A DNA stretch of 64,000 nt from NCBI RefSeq assembly GCF_028292365.1, contig NZ_JAQGMM010000244.1:12898-76897 (forward strand), written 5' to 3'. Below are positions 28,630 through 38,065 of the stretch, piece after piece. A model generated the notes under the pieces. The model did no database searches and was not told where the DNA came from. It saw nothing but the letters and a program-made list of their open reading frames with translations. The DNA is from Caballeronia sp. (GTDB taxonomy: Bacteria > Pseudomonadota > Gammaproteobacteria > Burkholderiales > Burkholderiaceae). Made by a program: the position numbers and the translations under genes. Position 1 is the first letter of the stretch, and each line of letters opens with the position of its first letter.

Positions 28630-29703
28630 TTACATGCTGGCGTTTTCGACGACGCGGCCTTCCGCACGCCAGCGGAGCATTCCGCCGGCAAGGTTGGCGA
28701 CCCGCTCGAATCCCGCTTGTCGCAGCATGACCGTGGCTTGTGCCGACCGCCCACCGGCCCGGCAGACAGTCACGATCGGGCGCTCCTTCGTGAGTTCAGT
28801 GGCGCGCCCGGCCAGGTTACCCAATGAAATGAGCGTGGCTGTGGGGATGCGACCCAGCGGTCCGTTGAACTCGTCGGGTTCTCGCACGTCGACAACGTCG
28901 ACCGCACGCAGATTTTCCTCGAGCCACTGGGCGTTGATTTCCCAGATGCCCGCAAAGCTGCATGTGAGGGGCGCCCAATCCGGCTCGGTCATCTGCTCGG
29001 GGTGGCGCTCCGCCAGGCCGCATTTCAGGTTCGCAGGCACCGCTACGTCGATCTGCTTCGGATGCGGCAGGTGCAGGTTTGCCATGTATCCGGTGAAATC
29101 TTCTTCACACAGTTCACCGCCCAGGCGTGGATTAAAGCGTCGCTCCTCGGCCACACTGGTGACCGTCAAACCGCGATAGTCATGGGCCGGATAAAGCAGG
29201 CACGCGGCAGGCAACGTAAAAATGTGGTTGTGGATCGCGCGAAACAGGGTGTGCGCATCACCACGCTGAAAATCTGTGCGGCCAGTACCCCTGATTAACA
29301 GGCAATCGCCGGTAAACGCCATGGTCTCATTGTCGAGTACGAGTGTGATGCACCCATCGGTATGACCCGGCGTTGCACGTATCACCAGATATCTCGCGCC
29401 AAACTCGACCCTGTCTCCATCGCTCAGATAGCGGTGCGCACCTTCGGCGCCGCTCGCAGCCGATATCGCAATCAGGCTGCCTGTACGGCGATTCAGCATC
29501 CATGCACCGGTCACGTGATCGGCGTGGACGTGGGTGTCGATTGTGTAAAGCAGATGCAAGCCAAGCTCTGCGATCAGGGCAGCATCCCGGCGCGCCTGTT
29601 CAAACACCGGATCGACCAGCACAGCCTCTCGCGTTGTGCTGTCGGCAAGAAGATACGTGTAGGTTGACGATTGCTGATCAAATAGCTGCCGGAAGGTCAA
29701 CAC
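28630..29703 (-). CDS. Persulfide dioxygenase (ETHE1-like MBL)-rhodanese fusion (PRF)
   Basis: FRQLFD..SSTYTYLL, THVHADH, TPGHT, GRTDF, PAHDY, AVPANLKCG; rhodanese DVREP..., VCRAGGRS, LAGGMLRW. Confidence 0.9.
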   Translation of the reverse strand: MLTFRQLFDQQSSTYTYLLADSTTREAVLVDPVFEQARRDAALIAELGLHLLYTIDTHVHADHVTGAWMLNRRTGSLIAISAASGAEGAHRYLSDGDRVEFGARYLVIRATPGHTDGCITLVLDNETMAFTGDCLLIRGTGRTDFQRGDAHTLFRAIHNHIFTLPAACLLYPAHDYRGLTVTSVAEERRFNPRLGGELCEEDFTGYMANLHLPHPKQIDVAVPANLKCGLAERHPEQMTEPDWAPLTCSFAGIWEINAQWLEENLRAVDVVDVREPDEFNGPLGRIPTATLISLGNLAGRATELTKERPIVTVCRAGGRSAQATVMLRQAGFERVANLAGGMLRWRAEGRVVENASM

Positions 29704-29806
29704 GATTTCGCTCCGCGGCCCGCTTGTGCGAGCGTTTAAGAATGGTGGCCCGTGAGGCACCGCCAACCTGTTCTGCAGGCCGCCGAATTGGCCGCAGCCC
29801 GTTCAG

Positions 29807-29854
29807 AGGGCGGGTGCATTGATGCACATGGATGTGCATCAATGCACCCGCCCT
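29807..29854. repeat. Perfect 23-bp inverted repeat with internally palindromic arms (REP-doublet-like)
   Basis: AGGGCGGGTGCATTGATGCACAT-GG-ATGTGCATCAATGCACCCGCCCT. Confidence 0.85.
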
Positions 29855-29894
29855 TCGCACTCTCCGGCGGTCGCCGCTCCAATCAATGCGCGCT

Positions 29895-30551
29895 TTACTT
29901 CGGCTGCGCAACATACCGCAGGTAAGGTTTTACGGTTTTGAAACCCTGCGGATATTTTTGCATCGCTGCGTCGTTGGAAACGGATGTTGGAATGATCACG
30001 TCTTCACCCGGTTTCCAGTTCACCGGCGTTGCCACTGCGTGTTTTGCATTGAGCTGCAGCGCATCGAGCAGTCGCATCACTTCGTCGAAATTGCGGCCCG
30101 CACTCATCGGATAGACGAGCATGGCTTTGACCTTCTTGTCCGGTCCGATGAGAAACACTGAGCGCACGGTCGCGTTGTCCACCGCGGTGCGCGGGCCGCC
30201 GCCGCTCGCCTCGGGATGAATCATGTCGTAGAGCTTCGCCACCGTCAGGTCAGGGTCGCCGATCAGCGGGTAACCGACCTCGTGGCCCTGCGTCTCCGCG
30301 ATATCCTTGAGCCACTTCTCGTGGTCACTGACGGGATCGATGCTGAGCCCGATAATCTTCGTGTTGCGCTTGTCGAATTCTGGTTTAAGGCCCGCCAAGT
30401 ATCCGAGTTCCGTGGTGCAAACGGGGGTGAAATCCTTCGGATGCGAAAAGAGGATCGCCCACTGGTCTCCGATCCATTCGTGAAAATGGATCGTCCCTTG
30501 TGTGGTTTCAGCAGTGAAATCGGGGGCGTCTTCTCCTAGTCGAATCGACAT
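29895..30551 (-). CDS. 1-Cys peroxiredoxin (Prx6/LsfA-like)
   Basis: FSHPKDFTPVCTTEL, GRNFDE, ATPVNW, PYLR. Confidence 0.95.
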   Translation of the reverse strand: MSIRLGEDAPDFTAETTQGTIHFHEWIGDQWAILFSHPKDFTPVCTTELGYLAGLKPEFDKRNTKIIGLSIDPVSDHEKWLKDIAETQGHEVGYPLIGDPDLTVAKLYDMIHPEASGGGPRTAVDNATVRSVFLIGPDKKVKAMLVYPMSAGRNFDEVMRLLDALQLNAKHAVATPVNWKPGEDVIIPTSVSNDAAMQKYPQGFKTVKPYLRYVAQPK

Positions 30552-30790
30552 GATCAGTCTCCATAGGGCGGGTGCAACAGGGAGCCAATGCGGCGGCCGG
30601 AGCGACATCCCCCGGGCTGCAAGGGTTTGGTCAGGCGATTGGCCTGATTCGAGAATCACCCTCCGGCCGATTGCACCGTATCGCGCCGGAGGACGCATTT
30701 ATAGCGTAGGACACAAAAGACTTTCCCCGTTGGTTAAATGTAGGGTTAATCCGCCGTTGCGCCGGCGCGGGCGAAGTTCAGCGCTTTAGA

Positions 30791-31702
30791 TCAGCTCTTG
30801 AGTTTGCGCAGGCGCCAGATCAGGCTGGAGGTATCGAAGCGATTACCGCCGAGGGCCTGCACGTCGCCGTAGAATTGGTCGACAAGCGCTGTCACCGGCA
30901 GGGAAGCACCGTTACGCTTCGCTTCGTCCAGACAGAAGCCCAGGTCCTTGCGCATCCAGTCGACGGCAAATCCGTAATCGAACTTGCCGTCGATCATGGT
31001 CTTGCCGCGATTGTCCATCTGCCAGCTTGCTGCGGCGCCCTTGCCGATTACATCGAGTACGAGCGGCATGTCGAGGCCCGACAACTGGCCGAAATTAACC
31101 GCTTCAGACAAACCCTGGACCAGTCCCGCGATGCAGATCTGGTTGACCATTTTCGCGAGTTGCCCCGCGCCGGCCGGGCCGATTAACGTAACAGCCGTCG
31201 CGTAGTGATCGAGAGTGGCGTGGACACGCTCAAACACTTCTGGAGCGCCACCGCACATGATGGTGAGCTTGCCATTTTGCGCACCCGCCTCGCCACCGGA
31301 CACAGGGGCGTCGATGAAGGCCAGTCCGCGTGCGTCCGCGACCTCCGCCAGTTCACGCGCGACGTTGGCGGATGCGGTCGTGTGATCGACGAAGGCGGCG
31401 CCCGGTGTCATCCCGGCGAAAGCGCCATCGTCGCCCAGCGTGATGCTGCGCAGGTCGTCGTCGTTGCCCACGCACGCCAGCACCAGGTCTGCCTTCGACG
31501 CGGCTTCGCGCGGTGTTCGTGCCGACTGTCCGCGGTGTTCGGCTAGCCATTGTTCCGCCTTGGCGTGGGTTCGGTTGTACACCGTGACGTCGAGGCCGGC
31601 TTTGGCAAGGTGGCCGGCCATCGGATAACCCATGACGCCCAAGCCAAGAAACGCGACACGGCGCACGGGCTCGCCGGAAGAAGAGTTTGCAGATTCCGTC
31701 AC
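30791..31702 (-). CDS. NAD(P)-dependent beta-hydroxyacid dehydrogenase (3-hydroxyisobutyrate DH/GlxR family)
   Basis: FLGLGVMG, DAPVSGG, KMVNQ, KDL. Confidence 0.92.
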   Translation of the reverse strand: MTESANSSSGEPVRRVAFLGLGVMGYPMAGHLAKAGLDVTVYNRTHAKAEQWLAEHRGQSARTPREAASKADLVLACVGNDDDLRSITLGDDGAFAGMTPGAAFVDHTTASANVARELAEVADARGLAFIDAPVSGGEAGAQNGKLTIMCGGAPEVFERVHATLDHYATAVTLIGPAGAGQLAKMVNQICIAGLVQGLSEAVNFGQLSGLDMPLVLDVIGKGAAASWQMDNRGKTMIDGKFDYGFAVDWMRKDLGFCLDEAKRNGASLPVTALVDQFYGDVQALGGNRFDTSSLIWRLRKLKS

Positions 31703-31997
31703 GTGTGTATCCTTTTAGGGTCGACAGAGAAAACTCGATTATCCCAGCGATGCGAGACGCGCGCTGGGCGGTACCTGCGTCGAACGCGAGCCGCTGTGCA
31801 TCAACCCATCGTCAATCCACGTCTAAAATAAACGGTATCGTTTGTATTTATGAATGGTGTGTTTCGTGTCGAGGCAGGGGCTGAGACCTCGCATTGGACG
31901 ACGGGCGGTTAAAATGTCGTCATGCTCCAAGGACCTTGCGGACGTGAACGCGTCGCAGCCTGCTAGTCACCACACATCGATACCGGACACCCTTTCT

Positions 31998-33158
31998 ATG
32001 AATCAATCCGAGGTCCTCAAACCAGCTGCCACCGAAACGGGTGATCCCTTTCTTCTGACGCCCGGACCGCTGACTACCTCGCGTACCGTCAAGGCATCGA
32101 TGGCACACGACTGGGGCTCGCGCGATGCGAGTTTTGTCGCAATCAACAAAGCGGTGCTCGCGCGACTCGCCGAGATCGTTCACGGCGAAGGCAACTATGT
32201 GACGGTGCCTATGCAAGGTTCTGGCACCTTTGCAGTCGAAGCCATGCTGACCAGTTTCGTTCCGCCGGCGGGCAAGGTTCTCCTGCTCATCAATGGCGCT
32301 TACGGTCAGCGCGCGAAACGCATTCTCGACATCGCCCGACGCAAGACCGTCATCCATGAAACGGCCGAGGATGCTCCGCCTGACCTTAAAAAGGTCGAGA
32401 CAATCCTGAAGCGCACGCCTTCGATCACGCATATCTTCGTGGTCCATTGCGAGACGACCTCGGGCATCCTGAATCCGATTGCCGAGATTGGCGCGCTCGC
32501 GGCCAAGTACAAAAAGGGCTATCTCATCGACTCAATGAGCGCGTTCGGCGCACTGCCAATCGACGCACCCGCGATCCACGCAGATGCGGTGGCCGCTTCC
32601 TCGAACAAGTGCATTGAAGGCGTGCCGGGTCTTGGCTTTGTCGTGTGCAGGCGCGACGTACTGACAGTGACACAGGGCAACGCCACCACGCTGGTTCTCG
32701 ATCTCTACGACCAGTGGGCGAATTTCGAAAAGACCGGGCAGTACCGGTTCACGCCACCTACACATGTGATCGTGGCGTTTCACCAGGCGCTTCAGGAATT
32801 TGATGCAGAGGGTGGCGTGGCTGGCCGAGGAGGGCGGTATCGGAACAATTGCCGCGTTCTGGTGGACGGCATGAAGGCGCTTGGTTTTGAGCTTCTGCTG
32901 AAGGCGGATCTGCAGGCGCCGATCATCGTGACTTTCCGGATGCCCGCGCATCCGGGCTTTGTCTTCGAACGTTTCTACGATGGCCTGAAAACACGCGGTT
33001 ATGTGATCTATCCTGGCAAGCTGACGATCGCGGAATCGTTTCGTATCGGCTGCATCGGCAGGCTCTACGAAAAGCAGATGCACGGTTTGCTCGCCGCGGT
33101 GCGCGATGTACTGGATGAAATGGGTGTGAATAGTCTGAGCGCCACAACTGCTGAGTAA
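31998..33158 (+). CDS. phnW: 2-aminoethylphosphonate:pyruvate transaminase-like class V aminotransferase
   Basis: LLTPGPLTTS, DWGSRD, QGSGTFAVE, HCETTSG, DSMSAFG, SSNKCIEGVPG, RFTPP, IYPGKLT; start codon uncertain. Confidence 0.85.
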   Translation: MNQSEVLKPAATETGDPFLLTPGPLTTSRTVKASMAHDWGSRDASFVAINKAVLARLAEIVHGEGNYVTVPMQGSGTFAVEAMLTSFVPPAGKVLLLINGAYGQRAKRILDIARRKTVIHETAEDAPPDLKKVETILKRTPSITHIFVVHCETTSGILNPIAEIGALAAKYKKGYLIDSMSAFGALPIDAPAIHADAVAASSNKCIEGVPGLGFVVCRRDVLTVTQGNATTLVLDLYDQWANFEKTGQYRFTPPTHVIVAFHQALQEFDAEGGVAGRGGRYRNNCRVLVDGMKALGFELLLKADLQAPIIVTFRMPAHPGFVFERFYDGLKTRGYVIYPGKLTIAESFRIGCIGRLYEKQMHGLLAAVRDVLDEMGVNSLSATTAE

Positions 33159-33184
33159 AACCTCGGTAACGCGAAGATAGTCTA

Positions 33185-33225
33185 ATGCGCTTCGCCGGGC
33201 GACAAGCTCGGCGTGGCGCATTTGA
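33185..33225 (+). terminator. Hairpin after phnW
   Basis: ATGCGC-TTCGCCGGGC...GCTCGGCGTG-GCGCAT followed by TTGATTT. Confidence 0.5.
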
Positions 33226-33542
33226 TTTCCACCGTACGCTTGCCCCGCGCCTTCCAGATGAGGGCATCAACGCCGCGCAAATAACGCTGAGGCGGAGACG
33301 TTGATTCCGCTACCGGAAATGCAGCGCTTTTTTGTCTGAACTATCGATGCCGTAGAACGGGCGCCAACGTGATGGTTCCATCAAATGGGGTCACGTTCTT
33401 TATTGCATACCCGCCGTTAGCTATCGGCTGGCCGCTTCGAGATGCATAGCGACTGCGCACCTTCAGTTTTGGGCGAATGGACCGATAAGTAGTAGTCCAA
33501 CCGCGCGCTCCCGTCGCGGCTTGCCGAATGCGAGAACCATCA

Positions 33543-35177
33543 ATGAAGCTCAGCCTCAAAATTCCTCTTGCCTTCACCGTGGCGCTGCTGCTGATGTTCG
33601 CCGGCGCACTGTATGGCATCTTCGCCCTGAACCAGTCGATCAACGCCTACGGAACCACAGTGCAGGACAACGTTGCGAACGAACGGATGGTGTCAGCCAC
33701 GCTCGTCGCATTCAAGCTGCAAGTCCAGGAGTGGAAAGACACGTTATTGCGTGGCAAGGACCCGGCAGATCTCGACAAATATTGGACTGCCTTCCAGACC
33801 CGTGAAAAGACTGTCAGCACGCTCGCGGCTGAACTCAAGACCAAGTTGCCGGAAGGTGAAAGCCGCACGCTGATCGAACGCTTTGCGATCGCGCACACTT
33901 CGATGGGCGAGGGTTATCGCAAAGGCTTCGAAGCTTTCAAGTCTGCCGGGTTCGAACCCTCAGCCGGTGATAAAGCCGTGGCCGGCGTGGACCGTGAACC
34001 TTCGGCGCTGCTTGAACAGGCCACCCAGAAAATCGCCGCTGACAGCGCGCAAGTTTCGGCGCAGGCGGCTATTGATGCACATCATGCGACCGAGATCAGC
34101 ATCGCGCTGATGCTGGCGGTGCTCGCGCTCGCGATGATCGGCGGCGTCATGTTCAGCCGTACGGTCTCGCGGCCTCTGGGTCACGCACTGAGTTGCGCAC
34201 GGGCAGTGGCGACCGGCAATCTGTCGATGGATTTTGACTCCAGCGGCAAGGATGAAATCGCCCAGTTGCTTGCGGCACTGAAAGACATGCAGTCGAGTTT
34301 GTCGCAAGTGGTCGCCAAGGTTCGTGAGAACGCCGAAGGCGTGGCGACGGCCAGCGCCGAGATCGCATCGGGCAACCTGAACCTTTCGTCGCGCACGGAA
34401 GAACAGGCGGCATCGCTCGAAGAAACGGCGGCGAGCATGGAAGAACTCACCGGCACGGTCCGCCAGAACGCAGAGAACGCGCGACAGGCATCCACGCTCG
34501 CGGACGCGGCTTCCCACACTGCTTCGCGCGGCGGTGTGATGATGGGTCAGGTCGTTGAAACCATGCATGGAATTGCCGATAGTTCGAGCAAGGTCGCGGA
34601 GATTATCGCCGTGATCGACGCTATCGCGTTTCAGACCAATATCCTTGCGCTCAACGCGGCCGTGGAAGCCGCGCGCGCCGGCGAGGAAGGGCGCGGTTTC
34701 GCCGTGGTCGCAGCGGAAGTGCGCACGCTCGCACAGCGTAGCGCATCGGCAGCCAAGGAAATCAAGGCGTTGATCGCCCAGTCGACCGATCGCGTGAATG
34801 CAGGCTCGGCACTCGTTGGCAACGCGGGGCAGATCATTGCGGAGATTGTGGGATCGGTGCAGCGTGTGACGGATATTGTCGGCGCGATTTCATCGGCGTC
34901 ACAGGAGCAGAGCACGGGTATCGAACAGGTCAATACGGCCGTCACACAAATGGACGAGGTCACGCAGCAGAATGCCGCGCTCGTTGAGGAAGCGTCCGCA
35001 GCGGCACACGCGCTTGCCGAGCAGGCCAATTCGCTGCGTGATGCGGTGGCGGTGTTTACGCTGCGCGGCGATTCATCGCGGTCTGGTGAAGTGTCTACGG
35101 GTTCGCGGGCGCATCGCCCCGGCATGCCGCTCAAGGCGATGAGTCCGGTTCCGCGACGCGAGCCGCAGCTTGCTTAG
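33543..35177 (+). CDS. Methyl-accepting chemotaxis protein
   Basis: Two TMs, HAMP (DEIAQLL), signalling domain [21 protein letters not shown]. Confidence 0.96.
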   Translation: MKLSLKIPLAFTVALLLMFAGALYGIFALNQSINAYGTTVQDNVANERMVSATLVAFKLQVQEWKDTLLRGKDPADLDKYWTAFQTREKTVSTLAAELKTKLPEGESRTLIERFAIAHTSMGEGYRKGFEAFKSAGFEPSAGDKAVAGVDREPSALLEQATQKIAADSAQVSAQAAIDAHHATEISIALMLAVLALAMIGGVMFSRTVSRPLGHALSCARAVATGNLSMDFDSSGKDEIAQLLAALKDMQSSLSQVVAKVRENAEGVATASAEIASGNLNLSSRTEEQAASLEETAASMEELTGTVRQNAENARQASTLADAASHTASRGGVMMGQVVETMHGIADSSSKVAEIIAVIDAIAFQTNILALNAAVEAARAGEEGRGFAVVAAEVRTLAQRSASAAKEIKALIAQSTDRVNAGSALVGNAGQIIAEIVGSVQRVTDIVGAISSASQEQSTGIEQVNTAVTQMDEVTQQNAALVEEASAAAHALAEQANSLRDAVAVFTLRGDSSRSGEVSTGSRAHRPGMPLKAMSPVPRREPQLA

Positions 35178-35282
35178 GAGTCTTTGTAAATAACAACGAA
35201 CAACGCCAGGCCCTCAAGCCATCCCTCTTCAGCCGGCAACTGTGCAACATGCACATCGATTGCCGGCGTCGAGGGCGCGTGA

Positions 35283-36380
35283 TCAACTGACCGCGTAGCG
35301 TTCGAGCCAATGCGCGTAAGGCGCAGGCAGCGTCCACGAAGGACGTGCAATGCCGAGCTTTTTCGCGGCGTAGTACGGCCAGTGAGGATTGGCCAAATGC
35401 GCCCGGCCGACCATCACGAGATCGAGCTGGCCTTCGCGCACGGCGTTATCGGCGAGTTCCGGTGTATCGATTCCCCATGCCGACGCAACGGGCAGTTGTG
35501 CCTCACGCCGCACCCGATGTGCTATAGGCGCGAGGAACGCAGGCGCCCACGGAATGTTTGCTGTAGGCGTAGAGAAGCCCACGCTGACGCTGAGCATGTC
35601 CAGCCCGCCACGCTTGAAATTTTTCGCCAACTCGATGGACTCAGCGAGGGTTTCCTCGTCGCGGCCGTCATATTCGATCACGCCAAAGCGCGCCGTCAGC
35701 GGCAAGTGCTCGGGCCAGACTTCGCGCACTGCAGCCAGCGTCTCCAGCATGAAGCGGCTGCGGTTGTCGAGGCTCCCGCCATAGGCATCATCGCGTTGAT
35801 TGGAGTGCGTCGAGAAAAAGCTCTGACCCAGATAGCCGTGCGCGAAGTGCAGTTCCAACCACTCAAAACCCGCATCGCGCGCGCGTTTTGCAGCATCGAC
35901 GAAATCCTGGCGGACACGGGCGATATCGTCGAGGGTCATCGCTTTGGGCACCTTCGGCAGGTTGGCTCCAAAGGCGATAGCCGAGGGCGCGATGGTGTCC
36001 CAGCCGCGCGGATCGTCTGCGCCGATATGGTCGTCGCCTTCCCACGGCCGGTTGGCGCTGGCCTTGCGACCCGCGTGGGCGATCTGGATCCCCGGCACCG
36101 AGCCTGCTGCCTTGATCGATGCAACGACGGGCACGAACGCCTGCGCTTGCTCATCATTCCAGATGCCCGTGCAGCCCGGGGTGATGCGGCCTTCAGGCGA
36201 CACGGCTGTCGCCTCAACGATAACCAGTCCGGCTCCGCCGCGTGCGAGACCAGCCAGGTGCACACGGTGCCAGTCGTTGATCAGGCCATCGACAGCGGAG
36301 TATTGGCACATTGGCGGGATCGCGATGCGGTTGCGCAACGAGATATCTTTGAGCTTGAAGGGTTCGAATAATGCGGGCAT
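35283..36380 (-). CDS. xenA: NADH:flavin oxidoreductase, Old Yellow Enzyme (XenA-like)
   Basis: PPMCQYS, QIAHAGRKAS, ELHFAHGYL, C-terminal PYAHWLERY typical of XenA. Confidence 0.88.
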   Translation of the reverse strand: MPALFEPFKLKDISLRNRIAIPPMCQYSAVDGLINDWHRVHLAGLARGGAGLVIVEATAVSPEGRITPGCTGIWNDEQAQAFVPVVASIKAAGSVPGIQIAHAGRKASANRPWEGDDHIGADDPRGWDTIAPSAIAFGANLPKVPKAMTLDDIARVRQDFVDAAKRARDAGFEWLELHFAHGYLGQSFFSTHSNQRDDAYGGSLDNRSRFMLETLAAVREVWPEHLPLTARFGVIEYDGRDEETLAESIELAKNFKRGGLDMLSVSVGFSTPTANIPWAPAFLAPIAHRVRREAQLPVASAWGIDTPELADNAVREGQLDLVMVGRAHLANPHWPYYAAKKLGIARPSWTLPAPYAHWLERYAVS

Positions 36381-36407
36381 CGGGCAGGCTCCGTGGAATG
36401 ATCTAGT

Positions 36408-36437
36408 TCGATAGTTCGATATAATTCGAACTATCGA
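36408..36437. promoter_or_regulatory. 12-6-12 inverted repeat (ArsR operator candidate) enclosing TATAAT
   Basis: TCGATAGTTCGA-TATAAT-TCGAACTATCGA between divergent xenA and arsR. Confidence 0.75.
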
Positions 36438-36466
36438 TTATCACAGAAACCAGTACCATCTGCTGT

Positions 36467-36769
36467 ATGCGCATATATAACCATCCCGGCCCTGAGGGTT
36501 TCACCCTCCAGCGGATCTTCAACGCCTTGAGCGACCCGGTGCGTCTCGACATCGTGCGGCATTTGTCGCGTGTCACGGAGGCTACCTGTGGAGAGCTCGA
36601 CGGTGGTCGCCCGAAATCGAGCATGTCCCACCACTTCCGCATCTTGCGCGAGGCGGGTCTCGTCCAGACCCGCGTGGCCGGCACGGTTCATCAGAATACG
36701 TTGCGACGTGTCGAACTCGACAGCAGGTTCCCGGGACTCATGGACGCCATCCTCAACCAGGCTCCGTGA
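36467..36769 (+). CDS. ArsR/SmtB-family regulator
   Basis: ALSDPVRLDIV, KSSMSHHFRILREAGLV. Confidence 0.93.
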   Translation: MRIYNHPGPEGFTLQRIFNALSDPVRLDIVRHLSRVTEATCGELDGGRPKSSMSHHFRILREAGLVQTRVAGTVHQNTLRRVELDSRFPGLMDAILNQAP

Positions 36770-36942
36770 AGACTTCGCTGATCACTTGACCTACGCAGCC
36801 AACCGCGCGCCTTTTTTCAAGGTGGCGGATGCGTGTACCTTGCGCCTTGGCAAGCCGCTGACAAACGCGTGAGCTCGCTCATGGCGGCACGGATCGCGGC
36901 CGCGCTTGAAGATTGAAATTTATAACTTAGAAGGAATGATCG

Positions 36943-37938
36943 ATGGCCCGACTGTTTCCCAACGCGCTGAGCGCGCTTGCTGTCGACTCGCTGCTTGCCG
37001 CCGGCGCGTTGCCCGCGACCGCACAATCGACGGCCCGTGCGCTTGTTTATGCTGACCTGCGCGGGCTCTCGTCGCATGGCGTATCGCGTCTGCCGATGTA
37101 TTGCGCGCAACTCAGGAACGGCCGCGTCGATCCGTTGGCGCAGCCGGGCATCGTCTCGGATCGCGGCGCGGCCGTGCTGGTCGATGGCGCGGATGGACTC
37201 GCTTATCCCGCCTGCGATCTCGCCATCAGCGCGTTGATCGAACGCGCGCGGCAGTTCGGCAGTGCGGTGGCGGGCGTCAGGCGCAGCCATCATTTCGGCG
37301 TCGGCGCGGCGCATCTGCAAGCGCTTGGCGCGGCGGGCATGGTTGGCCTCGCGTTCAGCAACTCGCCCGCAGCCATGCCTGCGTGGGGCGGCCGGCGCGC
37401 GCTCTTCGGCACCAATCCGATTGCCGCCGTCTTCCCGCGCCGTCAGGCGGAGCCGCTGGTGATCGACCTGGCGCTCTCGCAGATTGCGCGCGGCAAGGTT
37501 GCCATAGCCGCCCGTGACGGCAAGCCAATTCCGGAAGGCTGGGCGACCACCCGCGACGGCCAGCCGACGACCGACGCCCGTGCCGCCCTCGACGGCATGA
37601 TGCTGCCGTTCGGCGGAGCGAAGGGCGCGATGCTGGCGTTGGTCGTCGAGTTGCTCGCGGCGGCGCTGACCGGCGCGAACTTCGGTTACGAAGCCGGTTC
37701 GTTCCTGACGGAGGGGGGCGAGCGTTCCCGCATCGGTCATTTATTCTGGGCGATTGATCCGGGTGCACTGGCCGGCGACGACACCTATCTGTCGCGCGTG
37801 GAAACGCTGATTGAAATGATGCTCCTGGACGACGACGTCCGGCTTCCCGGCTATCGGAGAGAACGTCTTGCCGACGTGTCGGAACAGGAAGGCGTTGATA
37901 TTCCCGATACGTTGATCGCGCAATTGAAGGGAATTTGA
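36943..37938 (+). CDS. Ldh_2-family oxidoreductase, (2R)-3-sulfolactate dehydrogenase ComC-like
   Basis: ADLRGLSSHGVSR, SHHFG, FGTNPIA, GGAKG, RLPG; sits upstream of soeABC. Confidence 0.8.
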   Translation: MARLFPNALSALAVDSLLAAGALPATAQSTARALVYADLRGLSSHGVSRLPMYCAQLRNGRVDPLAQPGIVSDRGAAVLVDGADGLAYPACDLAISALIERARQFGSAVAGVRRSHHFGVGAAHLQALGAAGMVGLAFSNSPAAMPAWGGRRALFGTNPIAAVFPRRQAEPLVIDLALSQIARGKVAIAARDGKPIPEGWATTRDGQPTTDARAALDGMMLPFGGAKGAMLALVVELLAAALTGANFGYEAGSFLTEGGERSRIGHLFWAIDPGALAGDDTYLSRVETLIEMMLLDDDVRLPGYRRERLADVSEQEGVDIPDTLIAQLKGI

Positions 37939-38065
37939 AACCATCAGCGTAGCGGATAGTTCCTCTCGCAAATCGCGATTTCCCTTGGCGACCGGCGACG
38001 TTTAGGATGGTCAGGATCGGATCATTACCACGTCGACATACCGGAAGCCGCGAGGGAGACCCAGC

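Noticed and set aside
35310-36371. 353-aa + strand ORF opposite xenA
   Set aside because: Antisense shadow of a well-conserved gene.
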